Positions 38,843 through 51,302 of a stretch of 64,000 nt of DNA are shown here, one piece after another. Positions within the stretch are counted from its first letter, which is position 1, and the number at the start of each line of letters is the position of its first letter. Location: contig NC_087436.1 in NCBI RefSeq assembly GCF_036321535.1, positions 96,722,001-96,786,000 of the forward strand, given 5' to 3'. Below the pieces are notes generated by a model. It worked only from the letters and a program-made list of their open reading frames with translations, was not told the origin of the DNA and did not search any database. The position numbers were made by a program, and so were the translations under genes. The DNA is from Camelus dromedarius (lineage: Eukaryota).

Positions 38843-39072
38843 GGAAAATTACTGAATTATCTCTTTATGTTACATAAAATAGTCACTCCTCTTCACCTAA
38901 GACCAGTGACAAGAATTTTTCCAACCATCTTTCTCCCTCCTTAATGTGTGTCTCCTGGGGGAAGAAGCTCTCTCTGATATTATCAATGAGAAGTGGGAAG
39001 TGTCATTGTTAGCTGGTGGCATAGGGCCCTTCTGATTCGTTCTTCCTTGTTAGCCCCATGGATAGACTTTCC

Positions 39073-39098
39073 GTGTGTGTGTGTGTGTGTGTGTGTGT
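39073..39098. repeat. (GT)13 microsatellite
   Basis: Read directly. Confidence 0.95.
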
Positions 39099-39829
39099 TT
39101 GAGGGGATGAAGGATGTTGGGGGCATGTCCATGTCCAGCAACTGCTCAAAACTGGATGAGTAATTTCAAGTAAAGTGGTAGGAGTAGAGAGGCCATTTTT
39201 CACTTCAGGCTGAATCTGCTATGTAATTCAGTTTCACTGGCAATACGGCTGGTAGTTTGAAGCTTATCTTTTTCTAATGTCAACTTTAATTGCTTTAATA
39301 CCTGGAGAAAGAGGAAAGTGATTAACTCTGTGCCCCCCCCCCCCAGTATCTCTCATTAAAACAAGTTTTCTTAAAAAACAGATTATGCTTCTATTTCAAA
39401 TTAGGAATCAATAAGTTTTTGATACAGCCAAGTTCAGCAGTGATGGTCTATCATTTCAATATCTCAAGTAGAAGTACAATTTTAATGAATAATATGTATT
39501 GCATGGTCTCCTGAGCTTTTCTCATTAACCATTTGTTTCGATGCCTTTTCATAATACCTTCCTTGATTCAGTTCTTAACTTCTTTTTTAGCTCGCTATAG
39601 AGTTGGTGGGACTTACAACAAACAAATGTAGAGCTTGAAAATTACACAATTTTCTGTTTGAAGCATTTTGGGGATTTTTAGACAAATGAGAGGAAAGCCC
39701 TCAAAATTATCATATACCTCCTGTGTATTGTCATTATGGACAAAAAAGAGGATTATTGAAATTTTCTTATAAATGCTCCATCTGTTTTTCTATTTCTTGT
39801 GAGCCAAATTTTAGCCAGCCAAAACGGAG

Positions 39830-40000
39830 GGATTATAGTGCAGTCGAGATAGCATGGACTTTGGAGCTAATGGTTGTATGTAAAAGCCTGACTTACTAGC
39901 TCTTTAGCTTTGAGTGTAAATTAATCTATCTGCCCTCAGTTTTATCTATAAAATGGGTATAATATATACCAGTCAAGGTTTTTCACACAAATCAAACAGA
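39830..40000 (+). mobile_element. MIR
   Basis: 'agcatggactttggagc...cctcagttttatctataaaatggg'. Confidence 0.65.
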
Positions 40001-40189
40001 ATTTATTTCTCTCCTCTGTTTATTAATGTTTCTATATGTCTAAACCTATAGACCACATCTTTAGTATTTCACACCTTATATATTAAATAATTCTTGGAGT
40101 GGAATTCTCTTTGTTTTACAATAATTATCTTTTCTCTTGGGAAGGCTACATACCACAAGAGTTGACCGTGAAATGCCATGTCTATGTTT

Positions 40190-40765
40190 CATGTCTTTGA
40201 ACCATTGGCCATCACTTACTAATGCAGGGCAGATATCTAAGCCAATTATTTACTTTTCCCGGGAATTTGAAACTAATAGTCATCAGAGTGAGTCATTTTG
40301 ATGTCAGGATCCTAGAAATAACATGGGATCCCTGGAGCCACTTAAGTACATGCCCTTCCTGAAGCCTGGACATACACTTTTCATGAGCATCTGGGATGCA
40401 GTATGGCAGAGTGGATAAGAGAACAGGGCCAAGGGCTTGAATTCCAGATCTGTCACTCACTAACTTGTGACTTTGGGATGATTATGTAACTTCTCAGTAC
40501 AACCGTTTATTGATCTATAAAAGGTGTATAATTGCTGTAAGTATCTTACAGAGCCCTTGGGAGAATGAAATAAGGTAATTATGTAAAGAGCTTAGAATGG
40601 TGCCTGGAACATAGTGGATGCCCTACAAGTGGTAGCTATTATTAGGATTCTGGGAGATATTCCAGTTCCTTCCAATGAACAGCCTACATTCTTTTATCTT
40701 TATTCTTAAGTAAATCATCATAGTTTTTGTTGTTGCTTGTAACCAAATGAACCTCAACTAAGAGC
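40190..40765 (+). mobile_element. Old ERVL-type LTR (LTR16/33-like) split by a MIR
   Basis: 'ccttcctgaagcc' before the MIR; 'gttgcttgtaaccaaatgaacctcaactaag' end after it. Confidence 0.5.
40395..40643 (+). mobile_element. Near-full-length MIR
   Basis: tRNA-like head 'gcagtatggcagagtggataagag', core, and tail 'gcttagaatggtgcctggaacatagt...agctattatt'. Confidence 0.85.
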
Positions 40766-41049
40766 CTCAGGGAAGCTGTCTTTGGTATTTTGTTTGAACA
40801 AATTCAGTTTATGCCCCTTAGATATGTTTATGGCTAAAATGAAAATACTACGTAGGTAAGGGAGGAAAATCAGTTTGTAATAAAATTCAGTTGGCTAAAC
40901 ATTGTTAACTTTGTTTTCATTCCTCATCAATTCAAATGATGAGTTCAGTTTTTAAGCTGAATGACATTTTTCAATGAATGAACAAGTATTCTGTGATTTG
41001 TTGAATATAAACATATATTTTATAAATAAATCCATTTGTCTTTAATAAC

Positions 41050-41470
41050 AACAAGGGGAACACCAGTTATTTAGTGTTCGTTATGTGCCAGGCCATTTGA
41101 TAGGTACTGTAGATATGGTATGCATTTGACTTGCATTTGAGGGAGAGAAAGAATAAAGAAACAGACATTACTTACTTAATGTAGTATCAGGTAGTAGTAA
41201 GTGTCAGGGAATGAAGAAAACTAAGGCAGGGCAGAAAGGAATACCTAAGTGCTATATTCATCAAGGGAATCAGAAAGGCTTCTTGGAAGATGTATCATTC
41301 GAACAGCTAAACCCTATTGAGGTAGGTATCCATACGCCTCATTTACAGATGATAGAGATGATGAATCTGACATTTTTTAATCATAGGTCATAAGCTAGAA
41401 AGTGAAGGAATCAGGCACTGTGCTCAGGCAGTCTAGCCCCAGAGTTAACCCTATTAAAAACCACTCTATA
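41050..41470 (-). mobile_element. L2 fragment plus MIR fragment
   Basis: 'tatttagtgttcgttatgtgccaggc'; 'cctcatttacagatga...aggtcataagctagaaagtg'. Confidence 0.55.
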
Positions 41471-42389
41471 TTTTCCAGTGAGGAAAGAAAAAGATCACAT
41501 TAATTTTGTTTTCTTTTTCTTTGCTGTATCATTTTGTATCACCTACTTTTCCTATTCTTCTGCTTCCACTTCCCATTTAAAATCTGGTACATTTTTTGTG
41601 TGTGTACATATCCTAGAACAAAATACCACTATTCAACTGAGCTTGCTAGCTTGGCTGGCAGTTAATTTTACCATGTAGTCTAATTTCTGTTCTTTTTTTC
41701 TTTTAATATATTATAAATAACTGAGGAGCAGGTCTAAAGGGCAGCTAAACAAACCACCAAACAATTTTGCACACTTACTGAGTCCACATAATACGTCCTT
41801 TGACTTCAGAAGTTTTTAATGTATAATACATTTAAAAAGTCAACATTCAAAAGAGTCACCAGTTGTATAGTGCTCTGTTTAATTCAACAGGGAATAGCCC
41901 TAGATTTTCCAGACTTATACTTTAGAACGAAAAGGGAAGTATATTAATTCATCAATAAGTCAGTTATTTTTTTAATAAGTACTGATTCATAGCAAATATG
42001 TATTCTATTACTTTTTATTAAATGCATCCTTCTGTGAAGTATGGCATTGTGAATCATTACAATTAGGGGTTAAAATGAGAAGGAATTGAGTTGCAAGAAT
42101 ATGTTGTTTGATGAAGTGCATTCGGGTTATAAGGAGCAGTTGAATCTGCTTATTAGTACGTTGCTTTTGCTTTCTTATATTACTACAGGTAAAAATGGAC
42201 AATTACTAAGGGCTTCCCATGAAAGTATTCCATCTGGCTGGATTTTGCATCTCTCATCCCATTAGATTTCTCATATACTTTAACTCTAGGGCCTTAGCTT
42301 TGATTTTAAGGTATAGCTATTTAATATGATATTAATAAGAAGAAATAATAAGAATAGTCCTCCCTAATTTGGCTTCTATCACAAGTTAA

Positions 42390-42800
42390 GTGACTAATTT
42401 TTGCAATGCTCTACAGGTTGGTATGTATTATTAGCCTTAGGTGAAGAAATTGAGATAGATAGTTTAAATAATTTGCCCAAGCCCACACTGCTGGTACATA
42501 TGTGTTACGGTTGAAAAGGAGGCTTCTTGAATGTCAGAGTTCATGATCTTTCTTCTGGGTTCTCAGCTAACATTTGCATGTTGCCAGTAGTCAGGAATTG
42601 AGTCTGTGAAATCAGTCAAAGCTGAGTTCAGCTAGCAGCTCTTAAATAAGTCACTTAACTTCTATAAATTTGTTTCTTTATCTGTAAATAAGGATAATGG
42701 AGCCTACCTCATAATACAACTGAAGGAGTTAAATGAAAGAATGCCTGTAAAACATAGTAAGTTCCCAGTGCATTTCTGTAAACATTATGACTATAATTAT
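42390..42800. mobile_element. Two MIR fragments in opposite orientation
   Basis: Minus: 'gaagaaattgag...atttgcccaagcccacac'; plus: 'aagtcacttaacttct...tttcttatctgtaaata'. Confidence 0.6.
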
Positions 42801-43261
42801 TGTTTAAAAAATTATGATGATCTCATTTCATTCTGGTGAAAGAACATGCCAGACTGTTGCAAATATCATTGGACTGATGGGCTGTTCTGTAGTACATAGA
42901 TCAATCATAAAATGTAAGAGCTTACCTATCTCCTATGATAGGGTCAAACACAGAGCAGAGTTTGAAAATTTGTGATCCCTAAACTATAGTTATATTGTTT
43001 TATTTGCTTTTCACAGCATTTTTGGAAAATTGTATTTAAATTGCTTGTGCTGCCCCATTATCACTCTTATTTTGACTCCCTGGTTCCTATCTTAGAACTT
43101 ACTATTTACTTTAAACATATTTAATCATTTATAGAAGTATAAGTGATATTGGTGAATTCATTTCATATCATTCAAGAATGGTTCTAACGGGCTTAAGCTA
43201 CGCCAGACTCTAAGGTGAGGATATTAAAATGAGTAAGTCACTTTCCCTTTCTCTTTAAGAA

Positions 43262-43420
43262 GTGCTTTTCATATTCTATTGCTCATTTTAATCACCTGAG
43301 GAATTTTATTAAAATTCAAATTTTAACTCAGTTGGTGTGGGGTGGGACATGAGATTCTGCATTTCTGACAGGCTTCCAGCTCCTGCTGGTCTGTGGCCAT
43401 AATTGGAGCAGCAAGTTCTT
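43262..43420. mobile_element. MER5A-like element within L2 relics
   Basis: 'aatcacctgagg...gggtgggacatgagattctgcatttctgaca'. Confidence 0.7.
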
Positions 43421-44069
43421 AGGAGCTCACAGCTCTGCATCCGGAGATGAGTACTGAGAATAGCTATGAGCAATGTACAATGTTACACAAAGGAGTGAAT
43501 GATCAATACTGGGTGGAATGTAGATTATCAGGAAGATATTGTTGAATAAGTTTAAGCAGAATTTAGTCTTGAATATCAAGCCACATTTTACCAATATAAC
43601 CATATAACTTCCAAATGACAATGCCCAGTTTGAATTTTGATGCATTTGTGACAGTGTTTCTATTTCTGAGTAACGCTTGGTTTGGGATGAGTTAACACTG
43701 TGAATCTTTGTCCTCATAGTGTTCATGGCCTACTGTGCCTGCCATCTTCCAATATATAATTCCCAAGAAAGGAAATACCTTCTAAAATTTTTACATTAAA
43801 AATCTCACCCCACTGATCAGCTTCAATAATTCAGAATAACTTTAAGAGCTTTCATATATTTTTGATGTATTTTCAGTCTTCTATAGTATTTCACCTGACT
43901 CTTGACTTTAAAGTCCAGAGATAAATGAAGAACCAGTATTTTTAGAGAAATCTGGATGTGAGATGTGGCATGACAAGAACATTATATAATGTTCAGAGCT
44001 GTTAAAAGATGAAATAGGTGGAGGTATCAAGGACAGGATCACAACTGTCTGATTTCTGAGGATATTGCT

Positions 44070-44235
44070 GCGATATTAAAACCAAAGGGCAGATACAAAG
44101 GGACCAGCAGCATCACGTGGGGGATTGTCAGCTAGTAGAACCTCAGGCCTCATCCCAAACCTACTGAAACAGAATCAGCCTATTAACAAGACCCACAGGT
44201 GGTACAAATGCATTTTAAAGTCCAAGAAGCAGGAA
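44070..44235. mobile_element. MER5A-like
   Basis: 'ggaccagcagcatcac...ctcaggcctcatcccaaacctactgaaacagaatc'. Confidence 0.7.
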
Positions 44236-44434
44236 TCTACACTACTCCTAACGCTGAGAGATTCTAAAGTTTTGAAAACCTTTGAATTGCTATTTTCCAA
44301 AGAGATTAGTAGGTTTAAATCTTCATTGTCAAGATGGTAATGAGCCATAGGGATCAGAAATTGACTCTAGTTCTAAACTAGACCCAAGTCCTCACTAGAC
44401 CAAAATATCCTGAAGAGATTGGGTTAGTTGGATA

Positions 44435-44618
44435 AAGTTTCTTAGACTTCATCATGCATCAGAATACCCTGGAAAATTTGTGAACATGCACAATGATAAA
44501 CTCTATCTCCAGTTTCTGACGTAGTAGGTCTGATGTGGGGCCTGAGAATTTGCATTTCTACAAGTTTTCAGATGATGTTGACGCTATTGGTACAGGGTCC
44601 ATACTTTGAAAACCACTG
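44435..44618. mobile_element. MER5A
   Basis: 'gcatcagaataccctgga...gtaggtctgatgtggggcctgagaatttgcatttct...tttgaaaaccactg'. Confidence 0.8.
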
Positions 44619-44989
44619 TTGTAGATGAAAAGTTGGCTAATCTGTTCATTACAACCTATGCCAGACAAATCTTGTTCTAGATAAAAACAATGTATTTTTA
44701 GATTATATGATCAGGAGACTCTTCTTGAGTTAATCTGTGAATGACTCAGATTCCTTAAGAGCACTGAAGAGGAGAGCAGCTACTTCACATCTACCCTAAG
44801 GTGGATACTTGTAGACAAAGACTATTAAAATTACATTAATGTGGACCAAATGAGTCAGTGAGTTTTGTATAGGCTCATTAATTAGCAACTCATGAAACAT
44901 TGGTTTTACCCAAAGCTGAACCAGAAAATGAAGAAAGATTCATAGATTTTAAAAAAAAAAGTTTTTTTAACAATGTTTTGATTTGACAC

Positions 44990-46430
44990 AATAAGAATAA
45001 AAGCAGACTGTACATAAACACTGTACTCTAGTTGAGAAATTTGGTTCTCACAGGGACACAGATTAACAATTGAGAAGCTACTTCATATGTTTACTAGGGT
45101 GAGCAAATAAATAAATAAATATATTGTAGAAAATAAAAGTAAGATTTCTGTCAGAGAAAGAAGCTACAAATAATAAAGGAAGGGAGACTAGAATGATGCT
45201 GGATTGGAGTAGGAGATGCCAGTATAAACTCTTATATATATGAGTTTGTATACATTGGTGTATCTCTTAGCTTTGTCTATCTGAGAAAGCCTAGAAATAG
45301 TGACATTCCAGAAGCAATGAACACCTCTAGTAATCAGATTTTTGTTTCTGGAAACCATTATCTGATAAATGGAATCAGGGCTCCTTGGAGAAATGGTTAC
45401 TTCCAGGGCTGGGGAAGTAAAAATACAATATAAACCTGCAACATATTGTAGTGCCAGAAAACAAGGATGCACTTAAAAAAAAAAAAAAAAAAAAAAGGCA
45501 ACATGTCACAGAGGCCCAGGAACCACCTGAAACAGATGGCATAATTTAGGCAAATAATAAGAATAATAGATACTAATACAAATAAAATAATTATCTTTGA
45601 GCCTGTGTGATTAAATGCATGCATCACATTCTGAATAAAATCTTACGTGCATACATATATGCATACATAGCGGGGGAGAGGTGACAATTCTTTATTACAG
45701 AAGAATAATTCTAATTACTAACTGTAGGGAGACTGCGAGAAATAGAAAATCATCATTAGAACACCACACTAATAATTGCTGCAAGCAAGATCCACCAATG
45801 AAAGCTAAAATTAGTGGGTAAAGTTCAGTTTAATGGTCTCAAAGAAACTGTCCAAAAATAAATCTTTATTAATTTCAAAGGAAAATACAGCAACTTTAGA
45901 GTGGGGAAACTTGGCAGACTCCACCTTGACTAAGAGTCAAGTTATAAAAAATAGAGATATTGAGATCATCTGCCCTTCAGTATAATGCCCTGAAAAGAAA
46001 ATGTTACACCTGTGGCATTCTTCCCAATTATATATAACCTCTGTCTAATCATGAGAAACATGTCAGATAAATTCATATTGAGTGATATTCTTCAAAATAA
46101 ATGACCTATACTTTTCAAATTCAAGGTCACTAAAATAATAAAAAACTGAGGAACCATCACAACTTAGGGGAGATTAAGGAGACTTGACAATCAAATGTGA
46201 TGTGGGATCCTAGAATACATCCTGGAACAGAAGACATTAGCATAAAAAGTTGGTGAAAGCTGAATAGAGTCTGCAGCTTATCTAATAGTATTGTACTAAT
46301 GGTATCTTAGTTGTGATAATTGAAATTTGTCATGTATGATGTTAACAGAAGAAGTTGAGGGAAGGGCATATAGAAACTGTTAATACTCTACTGTCAGTCT
46401 AAAATTAACTCAAAATTAAAAGTTAAAAAT
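44990..46430 (+). mobile_element. L1MC3/L1MD-type 3'UTR
   Basis: 'agcaatgaacacctctag...cagggctccttggagaaatgg', 'tgtgggatcctag...atcctggaacag', A-rich end. Confidence 0.8.
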
Positions 46431-47959
46431 TATTTTAAAAAAATACAGAATAAGTGGAAGTGGCCCCCCATTCTAACTCCTTTGCCAGAGCTAACCACAA
46501 CTTTCAGTTAAGGTGTGTCCTCACAGTTATTTTAATGACTCTTAAGATAATAAAGTCTTAATAAAATAGTGAAAAGTGGTTTCTGATGTCAAGAATCTTA
46601 CAATAAGTTTTAAAAACATACCTATAAGAAGTTACTAGAGAAGATTTACCAGACAGTTTCAGAACTTGTACACTGACAAAAACAGATTGAATATAAACTA
46701 AATGTTTTCTAAGCCCTGGTCATCTTGTTTTCGATCCTTTGTCCGGTGGCTGGTAATGACTGGAGAGAGCTGGTCTCCTGCTCTTTGTGGCACTTTTCTG
46801 CTTAACGCTTCATTTCAGTATCACCCTTAGTTTCCAGCTCCTGCTCCTTCCTTCCTGAAGTAGCGTTGAATTACTTGAAGTAATTTTCATGAAATCCTTC
46901 CGGGATAAATGATGAAATGCTTATTAAGAATATTTTATGTACAGAAATTTCATTATGTAAATTACTTAAATTAATTAAAATAGAGAAACCTAATGACTAA
47001 TGTTCAAAAACCATTAACTAATTGAGAGAGACAAATGAATTCCCATGGCTTTGTATGTGCTTGCCTTAATGCTTCTAGATGTTGGTAACTTTGTTTATAA
47101 GAGTTTAATTTATCTTGAAAAAAAAAACTGACCTTTCTTTTTCAGTCTTAGCAGAGTACAATTTTGACTACCTTTTTCAGTGTCTCCTACTTTAAACAAT
47201 TCGATTTTGAAAATCTACCATCTGTTAACAAATAATGTTCTCACCATGAAGGCAGTGATTATGTTTATTGCAATTTTACATGAGGATAAACCAAGAAAAA
47301 TATAAGAATAGAAACTGAAGAAGAACAAATTCCAAAAGAAAAGAAACTATATAAAATGAACAAGCATTAAACTACATTAGCTGCCCTGAGATTAAGGGTA
47401 AAAGAATGTGCAGCAAAAATAAGGCTGAAAGAGTGAAAAGAAAGAGAATAATATGAATATGATGTTAAATATAAATATTTTGAAGCTCTAGAAATAGCCT
47501 GGACAAGGTTTGACTGATCCCATGATGTTATAGACTTAGAAATGACCACTTAATAACATAAGCAAAGAATCACAAAATATTATAGATGAAAGGAAATTCA
47601 ATTGGTGAATTCTTGACTATATAGGTGAACTTTCCAACTATGTACAGTCTATTAAGCAAAGCTTAAATATTAGAATAACAATGATAATGCTAACTTGTAC
47701 TGGTATCAGGGTTTCTAGTAAGAGTGTTTAAATGCATTGTTCTCTTTTATTCCTGGGAACATCTCTGTCGTATTGGTGAGAAAACTAGAACTTCAATATT
47801 CCCAAAACTTCAGTTTATCACCATAAAGTCTCGTCTGTTGTATCTACTACAAAACTAAGTCCACCTTGCCCATTCCCAGTGTGCAATGTGTTTCTCTTTC
47901 TAAATGTGTCCAAATTCAGTTGGGTCCTTGAAAACTGGCAACATTTGTAATACCGACAT

Positions 47960-48830
47960 TGTTTATTCAGCAACAGTACATGTTTCTGAGTGTCTGCTGT
48001 GTGCAAAGCACTGTTTTAGGCCCTAGGTATGGAATAGTGAATAAGCAAATAAAAGAACTCTGCTAGTGTGGGGCTTACATTTAAGTGTAGGGAACATAAA
48101 ATAAATAAGTACATTTATAAGATAAAGTCCAAAAGTGGTTATTACTATGAAAAATATAAAATGAGGTAAAGTGAAAGAGGATAGACCTCTCTGAAGAGAT
48201 GACTAAGGAATTGGTCCATGAAGATAAGAAAGAGTCAGTAAGACAAAGATCATAGGACGAGCGTTTCAATTAGAAGTGGCACGTGCAAAGAAAGATGTTG
48301 CAGTGTGAATGAGCCTCATGTGTCTGCAAAAAAAAGAAGGCCAGTGTGGCTGGAGGGTAGTCAAATGTAGGAGAATATTTTAAGATTAGTTAGAAAAGTA
48401 GGCAAGGTCCTTGAGGCCATGGTAGAAATTTGGGTTTTATTGTCAAAATAATGGAAAGTCATTAGAAAGTCTTAATGGAGGAATGATGTAATTTTATTTT
48501 CATTTCAGAAAAGGTCACTTTGTCTAAGGATTAGGAATGAATTAAAGGACCGGAGGGTAAGCAGGAGAAATAGCGGACTATTGAGATAATCAATCTGAGA
48601 GATGATGCAATTTGGAAAAAAGACAGTTTTAGTAGAAGTGGAAAGACATGAATGAATTTGCTATATATTTTGAAGGCAGTGCCAATAAGACTTACTAATG
48701 GATTGAACCGGGGAGTGAGGAAAAAGGAGAAATAAAAGTTGATTCTCAGGTGTTTGTCTTAAGCAGCAGGGTAGAAAGTAAACATTTGCTGAGCTGGGGA
48801 AGACTGAGAATTAGAGGAGAGTTTGCAGAT
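47960..48830 (-). mobile_element. L2 fragment
   Basis: 'gagtgtctgctgtgtgcaaagcactgttttagg', 'aaggccagtgtggctggag', 'gacttactaatggattga'. Confidence 0.8.
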
Positions 48831-49467
48831 CAAGTCCTAAGAAAAATGACCAAGTGCTTTTCTACTTCCTCTTCCTCATCGCCCATCCTTCAATCCAAAC
48901 TCTTTAGTGATAACGTAGTTCTTCTCTCACTTAGCAGAACTAGACCACCCATCTCCATTGCTCTCCACAATATGGTCATCTTCCTTAGTCTCACAATAAG
49001 ACCTTCCTCCACCTAAAGCTAACTGTTCCATGTTTGCCATTGACCTTAGCATTACAAAATATCTTGAGGAATTTTTTCCCCTTAAATATATTATTTCCCT
49101 GTCTAAGATTTTTCACTTTTCTTCATTAATGGATTATTCCCTTTTACATGCAAACGTTTACCTGTGCCCCCTCCCTAAACAAAACAAAACAAAACTCTGT
49201 ATTCTCCTCTTTGGCTGTCATTCTCTTTATTAACTTTTTAAAATATGGGCTTAAGGCCCTCTATCTTGCCTCCACTTGAGACTTCGTTGTTGTTCTCAGT
49301 TGCAGACAGTTGGGTTACACATAAGGCACAGTTCTCAGCAATCATCATTGGTCCATGCAAGGCCTTGGAGTCTCTCTGATTTATGGGTTTGTTTGTTCAT
49401 TATTCCCGTTTTCCCCATTCCCCACTCCCATTCCTCCTTCTCATAGGCAGTCATTCTAAATGTGCCT

Positions 49468-49958
49468 GACAAATACTTTTTTTTTTTGCCTTCTTGCACT
49501 TTTTATTTAAGACACCCCCACCCCCACCCTAGGGTGACCTTTTTAAGACAAAAACAAAAATCATGATTTTCATGACTCTCAGTTGTCCTTCTTTTGTATG
49601 TAGCAAATGTCAATTTATTGACAGTGTTTGTTTTCCTACGGTTTCAGCCTCTGCAGAAACTCCCACGAGGAGAATGGTTCCCTTTTAGGGGGCCAAACAG
49701 TTACCCTTTAGTGTGTAAGCCATGCACAGGCCGGAGTGGGGTTGAGGGGCGAGGGGCATCCTGAACTTTCTAACTTTTTTTCAAATTATTAATCCCCTTC
49801 TGCTGTGGTTTCTGTTGTCAGTTTTGTTTTTTTTTTTAAACATTTTTTATTGAGTTATAATCATTTTACAATGTTGTGTCAAACTTCAGTGAAGAGCACA
49901 ATTTTTCAGTTATACACGAACATATATATATTCATTGTCACAGACAAATACTTTTTTT
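49468..49958 (-). mobile_element. Young L1 3' end carrying a 3' transduction, flanked by a 16-bp TSD
   Basis: TSD GACAAATACTTTTTTT at 49468-49483 and 49943-49958; L1 end 49838-49942; internal polyT 49822-49837; non-L1 segment 49488-49821 with AATAAA (minus strand) at 49502-49507. Confidence 0.85.
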
Positions 49959-49959
49959 A

Positions 49960-50650
49960 AGGTTTTTGGTAAGTGTTCTTATAAAACTTGCAATAATGCT
50001 TTCTCTGCATTGAATGTATTATAATTTGCATAATTATATTGTGCCTTAGTTCTCATTTTATTGTTTTTTAATGTGCACTGTGTTTTAATGTATCCGTCTT
50101 GCTATATGTGCATTTTATTTTTTTTATAATTGCATCACATTAGGTGGACACAAAGATTGGTTTCTACCCCACACAACCACAAACAATGCTGTCATGTGTA
50201 TCTTCACATGTGCCCTCTTATGAACCCATATGAAAACTGCTTTGCACTATATACCCCGGTGGTAGGGGTAGAGAATACTGGGTCATAGTATATATGCATA
50301 CTTAATTTGAATGAGTGACGCCAGTTTCTTCTCCAGAACAACCTCCAGTCCATGCACCTGCAAGCATGTGTGGGATCCTATACAGCCACATCTCCACTAA
50401 CACTTATCATTATTCTAATTTTTTGCCATACTGGTGGATGATATCTCATTTTTGTTTAATTTTCATTTGTCTGATTATTTATGTGTTTGAGCATCTCTTC
50501 ATATGCTTGCTAGCTTTACAAAGATTCCATTTCTGTAAACTGTCAGTTTACAGCCTTTGCCTAATTTTCCACTGGTTTCCTGTCTTTTACTTACTGATAC
50601 ATGGAAATTCTTGTATATTCCAATATTATTTCCTTGTATTTGAAGGGATA
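49960..50650 (-). mobile_element. Ancient L1 (L1ME-like) fragment, host of the transduction (begins at about 49410)
   Basis: 'acaaacaatgctgtcatgtgtatctt', 'atatctcatttttgtttaattttcatttg...gagcatctcttcatatgc'. Confidence 0.65.
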
Positions 50651-50846
50651 AATTCTGCTTACTGCATTTTCATACCATTGGATTTTGTTAGGTAATATTA
50701 TTTTTGATGTTTAATATTTTAATTTTACTAATTTTAATATTTGCATCTAGGTTCACAAACAAAATGAAGCTATAATTCTCCTGTCTTATAATAATTTATG
50801 AAGTTTTAGAATTAAGATTAATCGGCCTTAAACATGCATGTGTTTC

Positions 50847-51302
50847 TGTAGATTTAATGCAATCCCTTTCAAAATCCCAATAGCATCTTTTTGTGGAAAT
50901 GAAAAATTCTTAAAATTTACATAAAATCTCAAAGGACTCCAAATAGCCGATCTTGAAAAAGAAGAACAAAGTTAGAAGTCTCCCACTTTCTGATTTCAAA
51001 AATTATTACAAAGCTGCAGGTAATCTTTCCTTTTTAAGGCTGGATATTAGTCCACTGTTTATATATACCACATTGAGTTTATCCATTCATTTGTTGATGG
51101 ACATTTGGGTTGCTTCCTTTTTTGTCTATTGTGAATAACGCTGCTATAGATACAGATGCATAAATATCTTTCCAAGACCCTGTTTTCAGTTCCTCTGGGT
51201 GTGTGCCCAGAATGGAGTTGCTGGATTATACGGTGGTTCTGTTTTTAATTTTTGAGGAACTTCCATATTGTTTTTCCATAGTGGCTGCAGTACTTTACTC
51301 CA
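50847..51302. mobile_element. Two L1 ORF2 fragments fused in opposite orientation (+ 50847-51019; - 51020-51302)
   Basis: Plus piece reads KKKNKVRSLPLSDFKNYYKA; minus piece contains 'gatggacatttgggttgcttcc...ttttgaggaacttcc'. Confidence 0.75.
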
